64,000 bases of DNA from Antedon mediterranea (Eukaryota; Animalia; Echinodermata): the NCBI RefSeq assembly GCF_964355755.1, contig NC_092671.1, positions 22,456,070 to 22,520,069 on the forward strand, in the 5' to 3' direction. Every line of letters begins with the position of its first letter. The first letter of the stretch is position 1. Below, in pieces: positions 1 through 13,033 of the stretch. The translations under genes and the position numbers were made by a program. The notes beneath the pieces were generated by a model. It saw only the letters and a list, made by a program, of their open reading frames with translations. It had not been told where the DNA came from and searched no databases.

Positions 1-11
1 CCTAATTTAGG
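1..11 (+). pseudogene. PKHD1L1: 3' end of a PKHD1L1-like exon (PNLG), followed by a GTAAGT donor
   Basis: CCT AAT TTA GG|gtaagt joins in frame to T AAA GTT AAT CCT at 8628, giving PNLGKVNPSDC, which matches the fibrocystin-L motif KVNPSDCVDM. Confidence 0.6.
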
Positions 12-41
12 GTAAGTACTAATAGTATTTATCCTATATAC

Positions 42-638
42 TGTGATATAAAGATATACTTTTATATTTAAGAAATTGACCTTTGTATCGGAATTCAAAT
101 AGGTTCACAAACTTGACCCAGAAAGTCCAAAGGAGAGTTTGTCCAGATGTTTTAATGACCATTTAGTTTATAATAGAATCCCTAAAGAAAACACTTAGCT
201 TAATTTTGTGACTTTCCCATCGTTAAACCAGGAGTGATCGACACTATTTAAGTACAGATTTGACAGTGTCATCCATCACAGAAATACCTTATTATACCGT
301 TAATCACTCCCACTTAAACACCCCTGGATCAACTTAGGACCAATCGTTACCCTCACAGATTACGTAATTGACATATGCTAATGAACTGAGCCAATATACT
401 CCCAAGTTTCAGAAGGGCCCAGACACACCTTACAGCCACCTCACGGAGCACACACCTCACAGCAGACCTACACACTTCACACCTCACCGACAGCATCATT
501 GATCGTCCGTTCCTTATCTATACTTATAGTTGTATATTGTACTGAAGTATTATACTGAATAAATAATATATGTGTTACGACAGTCAAGCGAGTCAGAGTC
601 CTTCATTAGTACCTCAAGAACCGCAACATTATATTACA
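42..638 (+). repeat. 5' LTR of Gypsy-A
   Basis: TGTGATATAA...TTATATTACA; direct repeat of 7896-8492; two CCAAT boxes; AATAAA near 558. Confidence 0.97.
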
Positions 639-651
639 TGGTGGAAGACCC
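639..651 (+). promoter_or_regulatory. Putative primer binding site TGGTGGAAGACCC
   Basis: TGG directly after the LTR CA; identical in the derivative at 20594; primer tRNA not identified (TGGTGGA resembles tRNA-Ala). Confidence 0.65.
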
Positions 652-1314
652 AAATTTCATAAGGAACGGAGTGAGAAAACAAGAAATAAACACTTAACAA
701 GACACGAAGACGAAGACGAAGACAATAATAACCATATTTGTTTGAAAGGAGAGAAATTTACTTTGACTCAAAAGACAAGCTGAAATTATATTTGAATGAG
801 ATCGAGACAAGCAGAAATTTGATCAAATTATTACCATTGGATGAAGACAAAGAAGATAATCGAGGAAGACACAAAAGACAAGCTGAAATTATATTTGAAT
901 GAAATCGAGACAAGCAGAAATTTTATGAAATTATAACCATTGGATAAAGACAAAGAAGATAATCGAGGAAGACCCAAGAAGAATCAAAACAGAAGCAAGC
1001 GGACAAGAACTGTTTCGTTTAGAGACTTTCAACTTCACGCCGTTTTTTTTTTCGATCGTTTTTTTTAACATTTACTTTTTTGAACATTGATGAACACCTT
1101 TCGCATTTTTTTTTAATTCGTTGTTTGAACATTTAAACATTTTTGAACACTTTTGCATTCTTTTAATTCATTTTAATTGGATCCGAAGCATTTGGGGTAA
1201 GTCAAAACCATTTTGATTTTGATTTGTAACCTTGATTGAAAAAGTGAGAGTTTACATATATATATATACACTAAATTGTTTTTGATATTTGATTAATAAT
1301 TAATATTATAAAGT

Positions 1315-2280
1315 ATGGTCGACGTTGTTGATAACGAAGTAATTTTAAATGAGCCCGTCAATCCTCACCCCGTGCCCCACCTAAGACAAACCGATTTCCT
1401 TCCCAAAAGATATGACGGTTCCATAACCGATCACGACCAATGTAGTGCACATTACTTATCGTTTACCGACTACCTTGAGGCCCACACGTTAGAAAACCCT
1501 GTAAACAATGCCCAATTAATTAATGTAATAAGTATTTTTAAACGTAGCCTTCAGGGCCAAGCTAGACTCTGGATTGAGGGAAAGCAGTTCGATTCACTAG
1601 AATCCTTAAAAACCCAATTCATCAACAGGTTTAGTAAAAACAAATCAATCTATGCGCACATAAGAGAATACGATTCAATTACATACACCACTGGCGACAA
1701 CGCCGAAAAACACTTGACCAAAATCAAACAAGCTGCAGACAGAATTGGATACGCTGACCAGCAGATAAAGAATAAATTTATTTCGACCCTTCCACCAAAA
1801 TGTAGAGCAGCTGTAGCCATGTCCACCCCAATCGATGCCACTATTGAAAATATTGTAAATAGCACACAAAATTACCTTGACCTTTCCGTAGATGATGCCA
1901 CACGGGAAGTTTCATTCAATATCAATAAGGAAACAGATAGGCCTAATAGTCTCGAATCGCTCCAACATGAGATAAATTCTCTCAAGTTAGACATGGCCAC
2001 AACAAAACGATCCCTTAATGATGATACTCGACGCTCACGTTCCCCCACCCGAAATTATATCCCAAGACGAAACCGAAGCCCAAGCCCATACAAACCCCGA
2101 TTCCAGACCCCACCGACCCCAAGATATAGACAACCTCCCCCAACCTGTTATTACTGCGGGAAACCAGGCCACATAGCAAGGCACTGCCGACAACAAAACC
2201 GCTCTTACGGAAACTATCCCCCGCCATACCCATACCAACAGTCAAACAATTACTACCCTAGCCACCAGCAGGATTTTTAA
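1315..2280 (+). CDS. gag: Gag with CCHC zinc knuckle
   Basis: 321-aa ORF; retrotransposon Gag-like SLQGQARLW motif; CYYCGKPGHIARHC. Confidence 0.93.
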   Translation: MVDVVDNEVILNEPVNPHPVPHLRQTDFLPKRYDGSITDHDQCSAHYLSFTDYLEAHTLENPVNNAQLINVISIFKRSLQGQARLWIEGKQFDSLESLKTQFINRFSKNKSIYAHIREYDSITYTTGDNAEKHLTKIKQAADRIGYADQQIKNKFISTLPPKCRAAVAMSTPIDATIENIVNSTQNYLDLSVDDATREVSFNINKETDRPNSLESLQHEINSLKLDMATTKRSLNDDTRRSRSPTRNYIPRRNRSPSPYKPRFQTPPTPRYRQPPPTCYYCGKPGHIARHCRQQNRSYGNYPPPYPYQQSNNYYPSHQQDF

Positions 2281-2316
2281 AAAGGGGACTAGATGCCGCC
2301 TATAATCTGGCCCCCC
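2271..2316 (+). promoter_or_regulatory. -1 ribosomal frameshift signal (G GAT TTT plus downstream hairpin)
   Basis: The pol frame is -1 to gag and open from 2271; GGGGACTAGAT (2284-2294) can pair with ATCTGGCCCCC about 10 nt downstream. Confidence 0.7.
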
Positions 2317-5300
2317 ATACTAAATACGACAATTTTAAGGCAAAATACTTAGGGAATTCAGATAATATTGATTTGTTACTTAACGACAGAAATTACGTTA
2401 AAGGAAATTTACCAGATGGTAGAAATGTTTTAACTTTATTTGACAGTGGTTCAACTAGAACTATAATCTCACAATCGTACGTTAATTCCTCACTTTATTT
2501 ATCGCGTTTAAAGCCAGTTAAAGTGAACACAACTAAATTTCGATTAGGTAACGGTGACTTCTTATATGCCAACCACTTAGTGCAATTCGAATTATTTATC
2601 CAAGGACACAAATTTAAAATTTCAGCATTAATCGTTAAAAATTTGATAGGTATTGACCTGATACTTGGAACCGAAACATTGTCTGAACTCGACGGTACTT
2701 TAAATTTTAAGGAAAACACATTTCGCATTAGACCAAAGATTTTTAGCTTTCGTCCAGTACACAAGATTTTTCTTAAACCCGGTGATACTAAAACAGTTAA
2801 ATTAAAAGGAAGGGTTCCCGCCTTTGTACGCAATTCCGATGTTGTTCTACATGCAACCACCCATATTTCAAAACTTTGTCCATCAGACATGTTAGTAAAA
2901 TTACACAGAGGAGAAACCAACATTGATATCACTAACAACACAAACAGAAACGTATCTCTAAATACACATCAACCTATCGCGAGCCTTCATTTAACCAACC
3001 TTGTAACAGTTACTAACGACCTACCAATTGATAGAATAAAGTTGACCAATGACAACGCAAACAAGTACCCACATTTAGAACGTACAGACCCATTGCTAAC
3101 TTTAACCGAGGAAGAAATAATTAGAAAACAAGTTGATTTAACAGACAGCGTTTTAACACATAGAGAAAAAGAAGATTTGTATAAAACCTTACAACAAAAC
3201 AGAAACGCATTTTCACTTTATGGTGAACTATCTAGCTGCCCAAACTTCAAAGCTGACATACACCTCTCTAACGATGAACCATTTTTTATTCGACCATACT
3301 TCGCGACAGACAAAGATAAACATGTTATTGAGGCCGAATTGAACAAATTAGTCAAACTAGGAATCTTAGCAGTAGGACACCAATCGTATACTTCCCCTGT
3401 CCTTCTTGTTTCAAAGAAAAATTCAAAAGATAAAAGAGTTGTCACAGACTTCCGCTATCTAAATTCCAGGATAAAACGTATTAATCACCCATTCCCATTA
3501 TTAGCCGAAACTTTGAAAACAATAGGTAACGCTAATGCACAGATTCTTAGCGTAATTGATTTGAAATCAGCGTTTCACTGTGTACCATTAGCCGAACATG
3601 CCCAACAATACACAGGTATAGCTTCATATCATGGTGGAAAACATTATTATTATAAGAGATTAGCACAAGGATTAAACGTTTCGCCAGGTATATTTCAAGC
3701 AAAGATTGACGAAATTTTAAATGAAATCCCAAATTCTAGAGAATTCTGTATCGCCCATCATGATGACATTATTTTATTTAGCCAAGACAAATTTTCTCAT
3801 AAGCAGCACCTCGTTTCCGTTTTACAAACCCTACAATTAAATGGTTTTTGAATTTGTCCAAAGAAATGTAAGTTATTCAAGAATAAAGTGCAATATATGG
3901 GACACACCATCCTGATTAATTCTTCAGGACACGCATGTATCACACCATTAGGCGACAGGTGTGCAGCTATCCGAAATTTGCCAGTCCCACGAACCCATAA
4001 AGAAACTAAACGATTTATTGGTGCAGTAAATTATGTATCCCATTTTTTCCCTCAAATACAATCAATTTTACGTCCGTTACACACACTCGCAAGCAAACGC
4101 CGAAAATTTTGTTGGTCTACTGAACACCAGAAAGCATTTGACGAAATTAAACAATTAATGGTTAAACCACCAACTCTTCAAATGCCTAGAAAAGAAGGTA
4201 GATTTACGCTATATAGCGACACTTCAAGAACCGCAACAGGTTCATATTTAACACAAACAGTAAACGGTAAAGAACACATAATAGGTTATTATTCCAAAAT
4301 CTTACCACAAGCCTGTCAACGATATAGCGTCACAGAATTAGAGTTATTTGGACTTTACATTAACGTTTCAGCATTTCGACATTTACTAAAGGGTTGCGAA
4401 TTTGATGCATTCGTAGACCACTCAGCAATTGTACAAATTTGGAATTCAAAAGATCAGCCATGTACACCCCGTTTACAGAAACTAATATTACGATTGTCCG
4501 GATACATTTTCCAAATTGGTTATAAGAAAGGAACTGAATTAGTTTTAGCAGATTTCCTCTCCCGAGCCCCTCGTGATGACGATTCCGAAATTGATCAAGT
4601 TGTACCCATTGCATTTAATATTACAGAGACTGAATCTCTTAACCCGATTACAAACACATCTACTAGCAGACCAGTAACAAGGTCATACGCCAAGAAAATG
4701 GGAATAAATATACCTGACCTACATAAACCCAAACCAGTACAAACGCCCGTCATTAATCAAAACCCAGTGACAACAAACACGCGACCTACACCTCAACCTA
4801 CCGCTACACCACAAATAATCACGAGACAACAAACAAACGCACATCGATCACCGCCTATCATAACGCCACCTATCGTAACACCACCCCCAATACGTAATGT
4901 AAACATTCGACAACCTCCAGAGGAACGACTAGTAGACAAAAACAAGCAAAGCAAAGATACTACACATCGAAACGTACCAGTTGAATTGTATACATCGCCC
5001 AAACCACTAGTACCAAACATAACTGAATTTAAGTCAGCACACATCCCAAAACAACAAGACTTAGATAGATTAATGGATGTTATTCAAAGAAAGATAATTA
5101 GAGATTATAACCTCCCAGTAGACGTTAAACAATTACGTGTTGAGCAAGAAACTTCACCATTTTTTAAGCCAGTTTACGATTATTTAGTTCATGATATCCT
5201 TCCAGCTGATAAGAAAGCAGCTCGTGCAGTTCAGAATAAGTCAGAGCAGTACATATTGTGCAACGGTTTACTATTCCGTTTATTTTTCCAAGATAAAGGT

Positions 5301-6986
5301 GGAGAATTTGTATTGCAATTAGCTGTTCCTGAAAACTTAGCAGAGACTGTTATTTCTCAGTATCACGACAATTTGTTAAGTAGCCACCAAGGTACGATGC
5401 GTACTTACCTTACTATTAGGAAATTATTTTACATGCCCCTTATGTTTGAGAAAGTCAACAATTATACCCAAGCGTGTCTTAGATGTCAACAATTTCGTCC
5501 CAAAACCGATAAATTACGTCCTTTACACGATCGAGTACCAGCAACTTACCGTCCCTTTCATACACTCAGTCTAGATTTTAAGAGTATGCCAACATCACCT
5601 TCAGGTTTTAAACATATTATGGTAGTATGTGATGAGATAACTAGATTTTTGATTTGTGTACCTTTGAAATCCATTGATGCCGAAACAATTTGTGAAGCAC
5701 TAATTCAAAAGGTCATCAGTATTTTTGGACCCCCATCTCGTCTTATTTCAGATGCAGCAACCTCCCTTACAGGAAAATTATTAACACTATTATGTAACAC
5801 CCTTAATATTGATAGGAAAATCATCAGCGTCCACAATCACGGTAGTTTACAAGTTGAACGTCATATCCGCACCGTATCGGACCTGTTAAAGGTCAACCTT
5901 AACCAATTCGGAACAGATTGGGTTAGATTTGTATCAACAACATGTTATGCTTATAACTCGTTTTCATCCCCACATCTAGGAAACCACTCCCCTTACGAAT
6001 TAGTTTTTGGCCGCCAACCTCCAAGTTTGACCTCATTAGCATTTAACCCTATTTCAGGATTGTCTCATTCCTATGAAGAATACTTTGAACATCTCAAGAA
6101 GAAATTTCAAAACATTTCACAGACAATGCTACAATTACAGCGAACACAACAAAACGTCCAAAACTCAAAGATTTCCCAACGCTTAGAAAAAAGTCCAATT
6201 TACTCAGTAGGACAACTCGTATATTTATACAAGCCAACATCATCATCACTAACGGCAAATTCAAAGAAAATCGCCGCAGAATGGGTCGGACCATTAGTAA
6301 TTCATGAAGTACTAGACAGAACACACTACATCCTAGCGACGATTAAAGGAGAAATACTTCGCGACGTATTCAATTATAACAGACTGAAACCCTGTTTTAT
6401 GAGAACGCCTAAAGAACGCAAAAATTTTACACATCTCCAAAAACTTAAACAATTGTTGAATGAACCCACCGATGATAATAACGATAAAATCCAAAACACC
6501 ATTAATGTAGTAAATGACGAAATCAATGTTGAATTTGTAGACGAACATGATAGGACACCCACCCAATTGCAATCAGATACCCTTACACATCCAACTAAAG
6601 TAGAACCCCTTAACTTGCAACCTTACATTGACTGTGTAGAGAATAACATGGGATTAGCAGCCCCATTCCAAATGAAAGAAGAACAAATTAAGGAACAAAC
6701 TAATCTAATTATGACAGCACCTAATGATTCAAGTATGACATTAAACCGAGGTAGATTTAAAGCAGGACATTTCCAAGTTTTAGTTTCATATTCTAAACCG
6801 ACTTCAGCTAAACGCAACACCGATAAAACAAAACACGAATCTAATGATCGCAAATTTTGGTGGAATATTGACAGATATAACGATACAGATAAATTAATTA
6901 AAGAGATCATTAATGATAAACAGATACCGATAAGTGGATCGCCAAACCGATTCATAAAACGTTTGTATAATGCAACAAATTACTGA
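2271..6986 (+). pseudogene. pol: Pol (protease LFDSG, RT, RNase H, integrase, C-terminal extension) with one in-frame TGA at 3849-3851
   Basis: ORFs 2373-3851 and 3888-6986 share a frame (NGF*ICPKKCKLF...); RNase H YSDTS; integrase HH-CC (YHD..SHQG..CLRC) and D,D,E residues. Confidence 0.93.
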
Positions 6987-7870
6987 TTTCAATTTTTTTT
7001 GCAAGATTATTTTTAAAATTACGACATTTGCTAAATTAATGATAGCATAGTCTACGTATTTTTGATGAGATTTGTTTAGTAATGATGTGATTTCAGTTAA
7101 AAGAGAATTGAATTTATGTTTAAGTATTGATTTGTAACGAGTTTGATAAAGATTAATTTTGAATTTTGAATGATCGATATATTGAGATATTAAAAGGAAC
7201 GACAATCATTTTGTAACAAATATTTTGTTTAACCTTTGAGTCGTTAATCTCAAGCATTAATTAATTGATATACAATAACAGGAGATTTTCTTAGTACTTT
7301 TAATTGTAATTTTTTTTGACATTGAGTACAAAAGTCGAATTTGTCGACCGATTGAAATCGTAATTACCTGTGAATATAAATGCTTAAATCGATAAAGTTG
7401 TGACGATAATGATATATTGTGGATATTAGTTTGTGTCAACGGGACACACACATTTGTTTCTTTTAAAGTTTTAAGTGATTAAGTTTGATATTTTGATTTT
7501 AGGCTAATCAGCCACAGTTTCTTGAGTTTTATGTTTTAATTTGATGATTTATGTTTGAAGACCATTAGAACGCGATGAGTTGTCGCACGAATTTGATGTA
7601 TGTTCAATGTAACATACTATTTTTAAGTTTTGTAATTTTATTTTTAACTGATTTATGTTTGATTTACGCGAATTTTATACCAAATTCATTTTTAATTTTA
7701 ATTTTTTTTAAGAGAGAGAAGAGAGAGAGTGAAAGTGATAAGGTTACACTTCAGAGTCAATGGTTTTGGCTAACTCAATTTTTGCATATATGTATAATGT
7801 TTTTTTTCTTTTATATAACTTTAATTTTGCATGCCACTATTATAACCATTTTTATATGTTAAATAGATTA

Positions 7871-7895
7871 GAAAAAAAAAAGGGAAACAGAGGGA
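7871..7895 (+). promoter_or_regulatory. Polypurine tract of Gypsy-A
   Basis: GAAAAAAAAAAGGGAAACAGAGGGA abuts the 3' LTR. Confidence 0.9.
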
Positions 7896-8492
7896 TGTGA
7901 TATAAAGATATACTTTTATATTTAAGAAATTGACCTTTGTATCGGAATTCAAATAGGTTCACAAACTTGACCCAGAAAGTCCAAAGGAGAGTTTGTCCAG
8001 ATGTTTTAATGACCATTTAGTTTATAATAGAATCCCTAAAGAAAACACTTAGCTTAATTTTGTGACTTTCCCATCGTTAAACCAGGAGTGATCGACACTA
8101 TTTAAGTACAGATTTGACAGTGTCATCCATCACAGAAATACCTTATTATACCGTTAATCACTCCCACTTAAACACCCCTGGATCAACTTAGGACCAATCG
8201 TTACCCTCACAGATTACGTAATTGACATATGCTAATGAACTGAGCCAATATACTCCCAAGTTTCAGAAGGGCCCAGACACACCTTACAGCCACCTCACGG
8301 AGCACACACCTCACAGCAGACCTACACACTTCACACCTCACCGACAGCATCATTGATCGTCCGTTCCTTATCTATACTTATAGTTGTATATTGTACTGAA
8401 GTATTATACTGAATAAATAATATATGTGTTACGACAGTCAAGCGAGTCAGAGTCCTTCATTAGTACCTCAAGAACCGCAACATTATATTACA
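7896..8492 (+). repeat. 3' LTR of Gypsy-A
   Basis: Same length as the 5' LTR and no differences seen by eye. Confidence 0.97.
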
Positions 8493-8627
8493 ATACTGTA
8501 TCTATGGACCACTTGCATTTATCCTAGGTACGTAATTGTAAATCATTGTGTATCCTTACTTGCTAGTTGCATTATTTTCATCAACCTAGTACACTTACCT
8601 TCAATACTTTTCATTTAATCTTAACAG

Positions 8628-11185
8628 TAAAGTTAATCCTTCTGATTGCGTGGACATGGATTGTGATGCATTTAAGAAAGCAATGCAATCAGAGATGAAA
8701 ATGGTGGGATTCTAGGAGGATCACGGCCCGGTTATGTTATTCCAGATTCTCCAAGTGGGATAGAGATCCGAGACGGAGACTTGGTGATTATTGAATTCCC
8801 AACATGATGGTCATCGATGGTAGTAAAATTCCTTACGATGAAAAATGTCCACATAAAGGTTAGTTGTCTGCTTTAATGCTGAATTTTAGCTTTGTAAACT
8901 GCGATTCTTCCCTAAATCTTTCCTCCTGTTAAAGTTGCACTCTTGAAACAAGACCAGTCCACTCACCGAGACTGGCACGCAATTTTATTGTGGCATCCCG
9001 TTTTTGAGGAGTAGGAGAATCACTGTGTTGTAGCTGTGATCTTTTATATAACCTGCTCTTTTCTTTAAGGCATCATTGGTACAGAAGACTGCATATGGCA
9101 TGAATCTAGGCAGGCTTTTGAATGCTATGACTACGATTACGCTATGTTGATTATTGAAAGTCTTGATCCTGACACAGAAGTACAACGTCTTTCACAAATC
9201 GTCTACGGTTATGTTGATTTGATCGAATCGTCATTGGGTCTACGGTTATGTTGATTTGATCAATAGACCACAAGATCACGGCTGGTGAGTGGCCGAGCGG
9301 TTAAGACAGTGGAACCGTAATTAAGTAGCCATAACATCGGCAAGGGTTCGAGGCTCACTCGCTCCATGGTTCTGGTGGTAGAACAAGTCTTCTCGGATAA
9401 GGACTATAAACCGTAGGTCCAGTGTACACACAGCTCATGCGCACTTTAAAGAACCTAGTACATCTTTCGAAACGAGGAGGGGGTTACCCCGGTGTACTAG
9501 TACACACAATCACAGCCACTGTCACACACAGCCACTGTGCAAATTGGGACTGGACCGTTTTAGAGGTGTTTACCACCTGTTGGTCCAGATCCTTCACTAA
9601 CTGAGTTAGTGAGAAGTCGAATAAATAAATAAATAAATGGGTACACATGTCAAGAGCGCATCAGCACATTTATGTCTATCGTTGCAATTGGAGAGACTTA
9701 TGAGATGTATATGAGAGTTCAACAAATCCTCAAACATTATGACTTCATTTCTTGAACACAGCTCCAGATCAGAAAATAGTTGTCGGCATCTGGTATGCTA
9801 ATGTGTACCATCAAGGTCGCTACATCATGCCAAATAACGGGCAGCTGGATGGAGATATGTTCATATGTGTTCCAGAAGATCCAAACGATCAGTTCATGCC
9901 AACTCTTGAATCCAGCATTTATGGCAAGGACTATTTTGATCGCAATTGGCAGACTCTTTGGATACTAAGTTATATGTGATAGTGACCCAATTGATATCAT
10001 CACTACACCGCTTATAATGGTTGACGTTGGTGTGGCTCCTGTTGATGTTGATGACTTCTATGAAGAAGATCTTGTTAACAATCTTGCCAGTTTGTTATAA
10101 TAAGTAAATATCTTTCTTTAACCATATTAAAGTATCAAATAATCTATCCAGATTTCTTATTTTCAGTTTCGTATGTTTAGAAATGAGTTGAATTTTATTT
10201 CATTGCCTATTTTTTTAATATCTAAGCAATAATGAATATTTCTTCCTTACAGGCAATTCAACCCTTGAACATGATGAATTAGTTAACCTTCAAGCAGAAA
10301 TTGTTAATGCAGCACAAACCAGTACTTTGTCCGACAGTCTTGAAGTTGAGGTTATATCATTAGCAATGACCAATCCTTCTCCCCCAGCTGAAGACTCAAC
10401 AGGTAGTGTGAGAGCAACAAATAGAACAGGAGGTCCAAGTACAGGCAATAAAACGTAAGTCACATTTTAAGAAGTAATGCGTTTTCTGTAGAGTTACTGT
10501 TGTATAGAACTGGCTTGTATCGTCTTGTCCAAAGTCTTAAATTGTATTCTCATGTGTGACTTGCAACAAACATATTCCCTAATGCCTATATCATTACAAA
10601 AACAACATAACTAATTGGTTCACAGGTATTCTGAGAAGCAAGCAAGCGGCTGGTGCTACGGAAAATCATCCATTTGAGGTTCAGCCTTGCATCTCTATAT
10701 TGGATACCACTGTAGGTTTTTAACGCAATTCTTTCTAAACTCCAATATAGGATAGGAAGCTTTGGTAATACACCACAGGTTTGATACAAATATTCTATGA
10801 AAAAAAAAGGAATTATTCAATGATTTTTTGATTTTTTCAGGGTGAAATTGTGCAAAATCTTAGACATTCTTCACATCCATGGAAAATGCCCAGGAGTATC
10901 TGATGCAGAGCTCGTCAGCAACAACACTGTAGATATAATACATGGCTGGGCAAACTTCACTGATCTTGCCATTAATCTGTCGGGAAGTGGATACTTTGAA
11001 TTCAGCATTGTTTATTCCAACCCATCCACGCTAGAAGGTATCAACTCAACGGAGTTTTCTGTCATTGAGGGTGTTTTCCACATATCAATCTCAGATCAAC
11101 AGTAAAATTTTTGGAGAAATTTGATGTTCAGTTTAATCTAATTGAAGATTTTACAACGGATATTGCAGAACATCTGGATTCCAAG
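8628..11185 (+). pseudogene. PKHD1L1: Decayed multi-exon fibrocystin-L (PKHD1L1)-like gene segment
   Basis: Translated pieces KVNPSDCVDMDCDA, YAMLIIESLDPDTE, GYVDLINRPQDHGW, GYTCQERISTF, FMPTLES..G.DYFD and DDFYEEDLVNNLA are collinear with the PKHD1L1 C-terminal region as I recall it; AG/GT boundaries at about 8628, 9070, 10253, 10626 and 10841; frameshifts, stops and a SINE insertion. Confidence 0.85.
9285..9637 (+). mobile_element. tRNA-derived SINE with Nin/Deu-like core
   Basis: A box TGGCCGAGCGG, B box GGTTCGAGGC, core GGATAAGGACTATAAACCGTAGGTCC, (TAAA)n tail; second copy at 34449-34743. Confidence 0.8.
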
Positions 11186-12390
11186 GTTGGTGATTTTTTA
11201 ATTAATTAGTCATTAAAAGTCATTTTCAAATTTTCAATGCAGTTCTCTCTCTAATTAACCATCCATCTTCTATTTAATACTGCATTATAATTCTAAAATC
11301 ACCATCAATTGTAGACTAGTATATCCAATCTAAGAGCAACTTCTTTTGAAGACTACAGTCCATTTCAAATTGTCAATGCTGGTCTCCCTGTTTTTAACCC
11401 ACTACCTTCTATTTAATACTTCCCACTACCCCAATTTTAAAAGCATCTTCAATTGTAGACTATCGTATCCACTCTAAGAGCAACTTATGTTGAAGACTAG
11501 CCAAAAGTACAAGTCACTCCCATAAAAATCCAATTGCAGACTACTTTCAAATTTGATTTCATCAGCTGTATAAATCACCTCAAATTAAAGACAACCTCCA
11601 GAACAATTGGATAAATATTGGTCAAACATTGGTCAAACAAGGATAAATATAATATTCTAGGCTTTTCCTGAGGTTTTTGTCTGGCACTTATTCATTCGAT
11701 TGTGGCACTTATTTATTTTGGGTTCAGGCAGTCTATAATTTCACTATTTGGCAACTTAATAATAATTTGGTGTTATAATTAATTTATTAACATCTTATAC
11801 TCTCTTGTACTCAAGTTGTGTTAAAATACTTTTATAAGGGAACATATTAAGTGGATTGTTTTTAATAGCAGACAATGATCACAATTCAGGAGATCAGGAA
11901 GTGCTAGATATGCACAAGCATGTGATGCGGTATATGCCAAAAATAAAAAGCAGGCAGCAGAGACTTCGAAGGCCACAAGAACAGCCAATAGCCAAGGACA
12001 TCAACCTTGAAGAATTATAATGCAATTGCTGTAGTTGCGGGTGAAAACGTTTTAAACACGGCACATCTTTTTAAATAAAAATAGGCATTGTTGCTTGGTA
12101 CAATCTTCACTCTCACAAAGCATAAACACTTTAAAAACCAGAATCTCGCCAAAACCTAGATTATCCCAAAATATTTCCTGCCCTTTATATAGTCCGTACA
12201 GCTTATTACCAACACAGTACATATCTTTTACTTACCTGTTCTCTGGGCCTGTTCTGCCAGTAAGTAATTGAAAAATCAGCAAATTTTGTCAAATTAACAA
12301 GTGGCAACACTTGTAGTTGTACAGGTAAGAAGAATAAGAAAACTTAATTTAATTTTTTTTAATTTATTATTTTATTGTGTTTTTTTATAG

Positions 12391-13033
12391 GAGATAACCC
12401 AGAAGCCTAGAAGTAGAAATCATTTACAGGTAAGCTTTAATATAGTTTATAAACCAAGTATGTAAAATGAGAATACTTCTTTTGCTAATAGAAGAGACAA
12501 TTCCAGAGTGCCATAAAATCAAGACCATATATTTATTGGTTAAAACATGAAAAAAAATGTTATGGTATATCTTAAGTTCTTCAATGCAATCAAAGCACTT
12601 AATGTACAGATAGATATTAGGAATGTATTATATGGCATCATACCTCTAGACCACCGAGCTTGCGCTGATGGTTAGTGGTTAGATTCGGGCCCAAGTAAGC
12701 AGCAGGTAGTGGCCTCTAGGCTGTTCACAGACACACACACAAACATACAAGGGTGAAAACATAACCTCCTTGGCGGCTAGGTAATAGATTTTCGTAAACA
12801 TTACATTCTTAACATTTTATTGTTGTTGTTCATCAGCAGATGATGCTGATAATTATGGACAACTAGAAAATGCCACAACATCAGGTAAGTCTACTACAAT
12901 ATTAGCAGCAAAACATTGTAAAACACAAATGTACAATGTATCAAGATCGAAAATGTATAAAATATTAATGTTATAAATTGGTTTTTTTTCCTACTATAGG
13001 AGATGACCTATATACAATCATGACGATCTCAAG
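12391..13033 (+). pseudogene. Cluster of micro-exons (12391-12429, 12840-12884, 13000-13033) of an unidentified gene
   Basis: Each has pyrimidine-rich..AG and GTAAG boundaries; peptides DDADNYGQLENATTS and GDDLYTIM; the first contains an in-frame TAG. Confidence 0.55.

Larger units (their letters stand above)
42..8492 (+). mobile_element. Full-length Ty3/Gypsy LTR retrotransposon (Gypsy-A)
   Basis: Two 597-bp TG...CA LTRs, 4-bp TSD ATAC (38-41, 8493-8496), PBS-like TGG, PPT, gag plus PR-RT-RH-IN order. Confidence 0.97.

Noticed and set aside
3849-3851. Programmed readthrough or selenocysteine at the pol TGA
   Set aside because: It lies inside the RT domain at a normally basic residue; a point mutation is simpler. 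The same applies to the TAA at 58650.
1650-6955. Numerous antisense and alternative-frame ORFs over gag/pol regions
   Set aside because: Shadows of long sense ORFs with no recognisable motifs.
6987-7870. env-like third ORF in Gypsy-A
   Set aside because: Only short AT-rich ORFs that are not preserved in the derivative copy.
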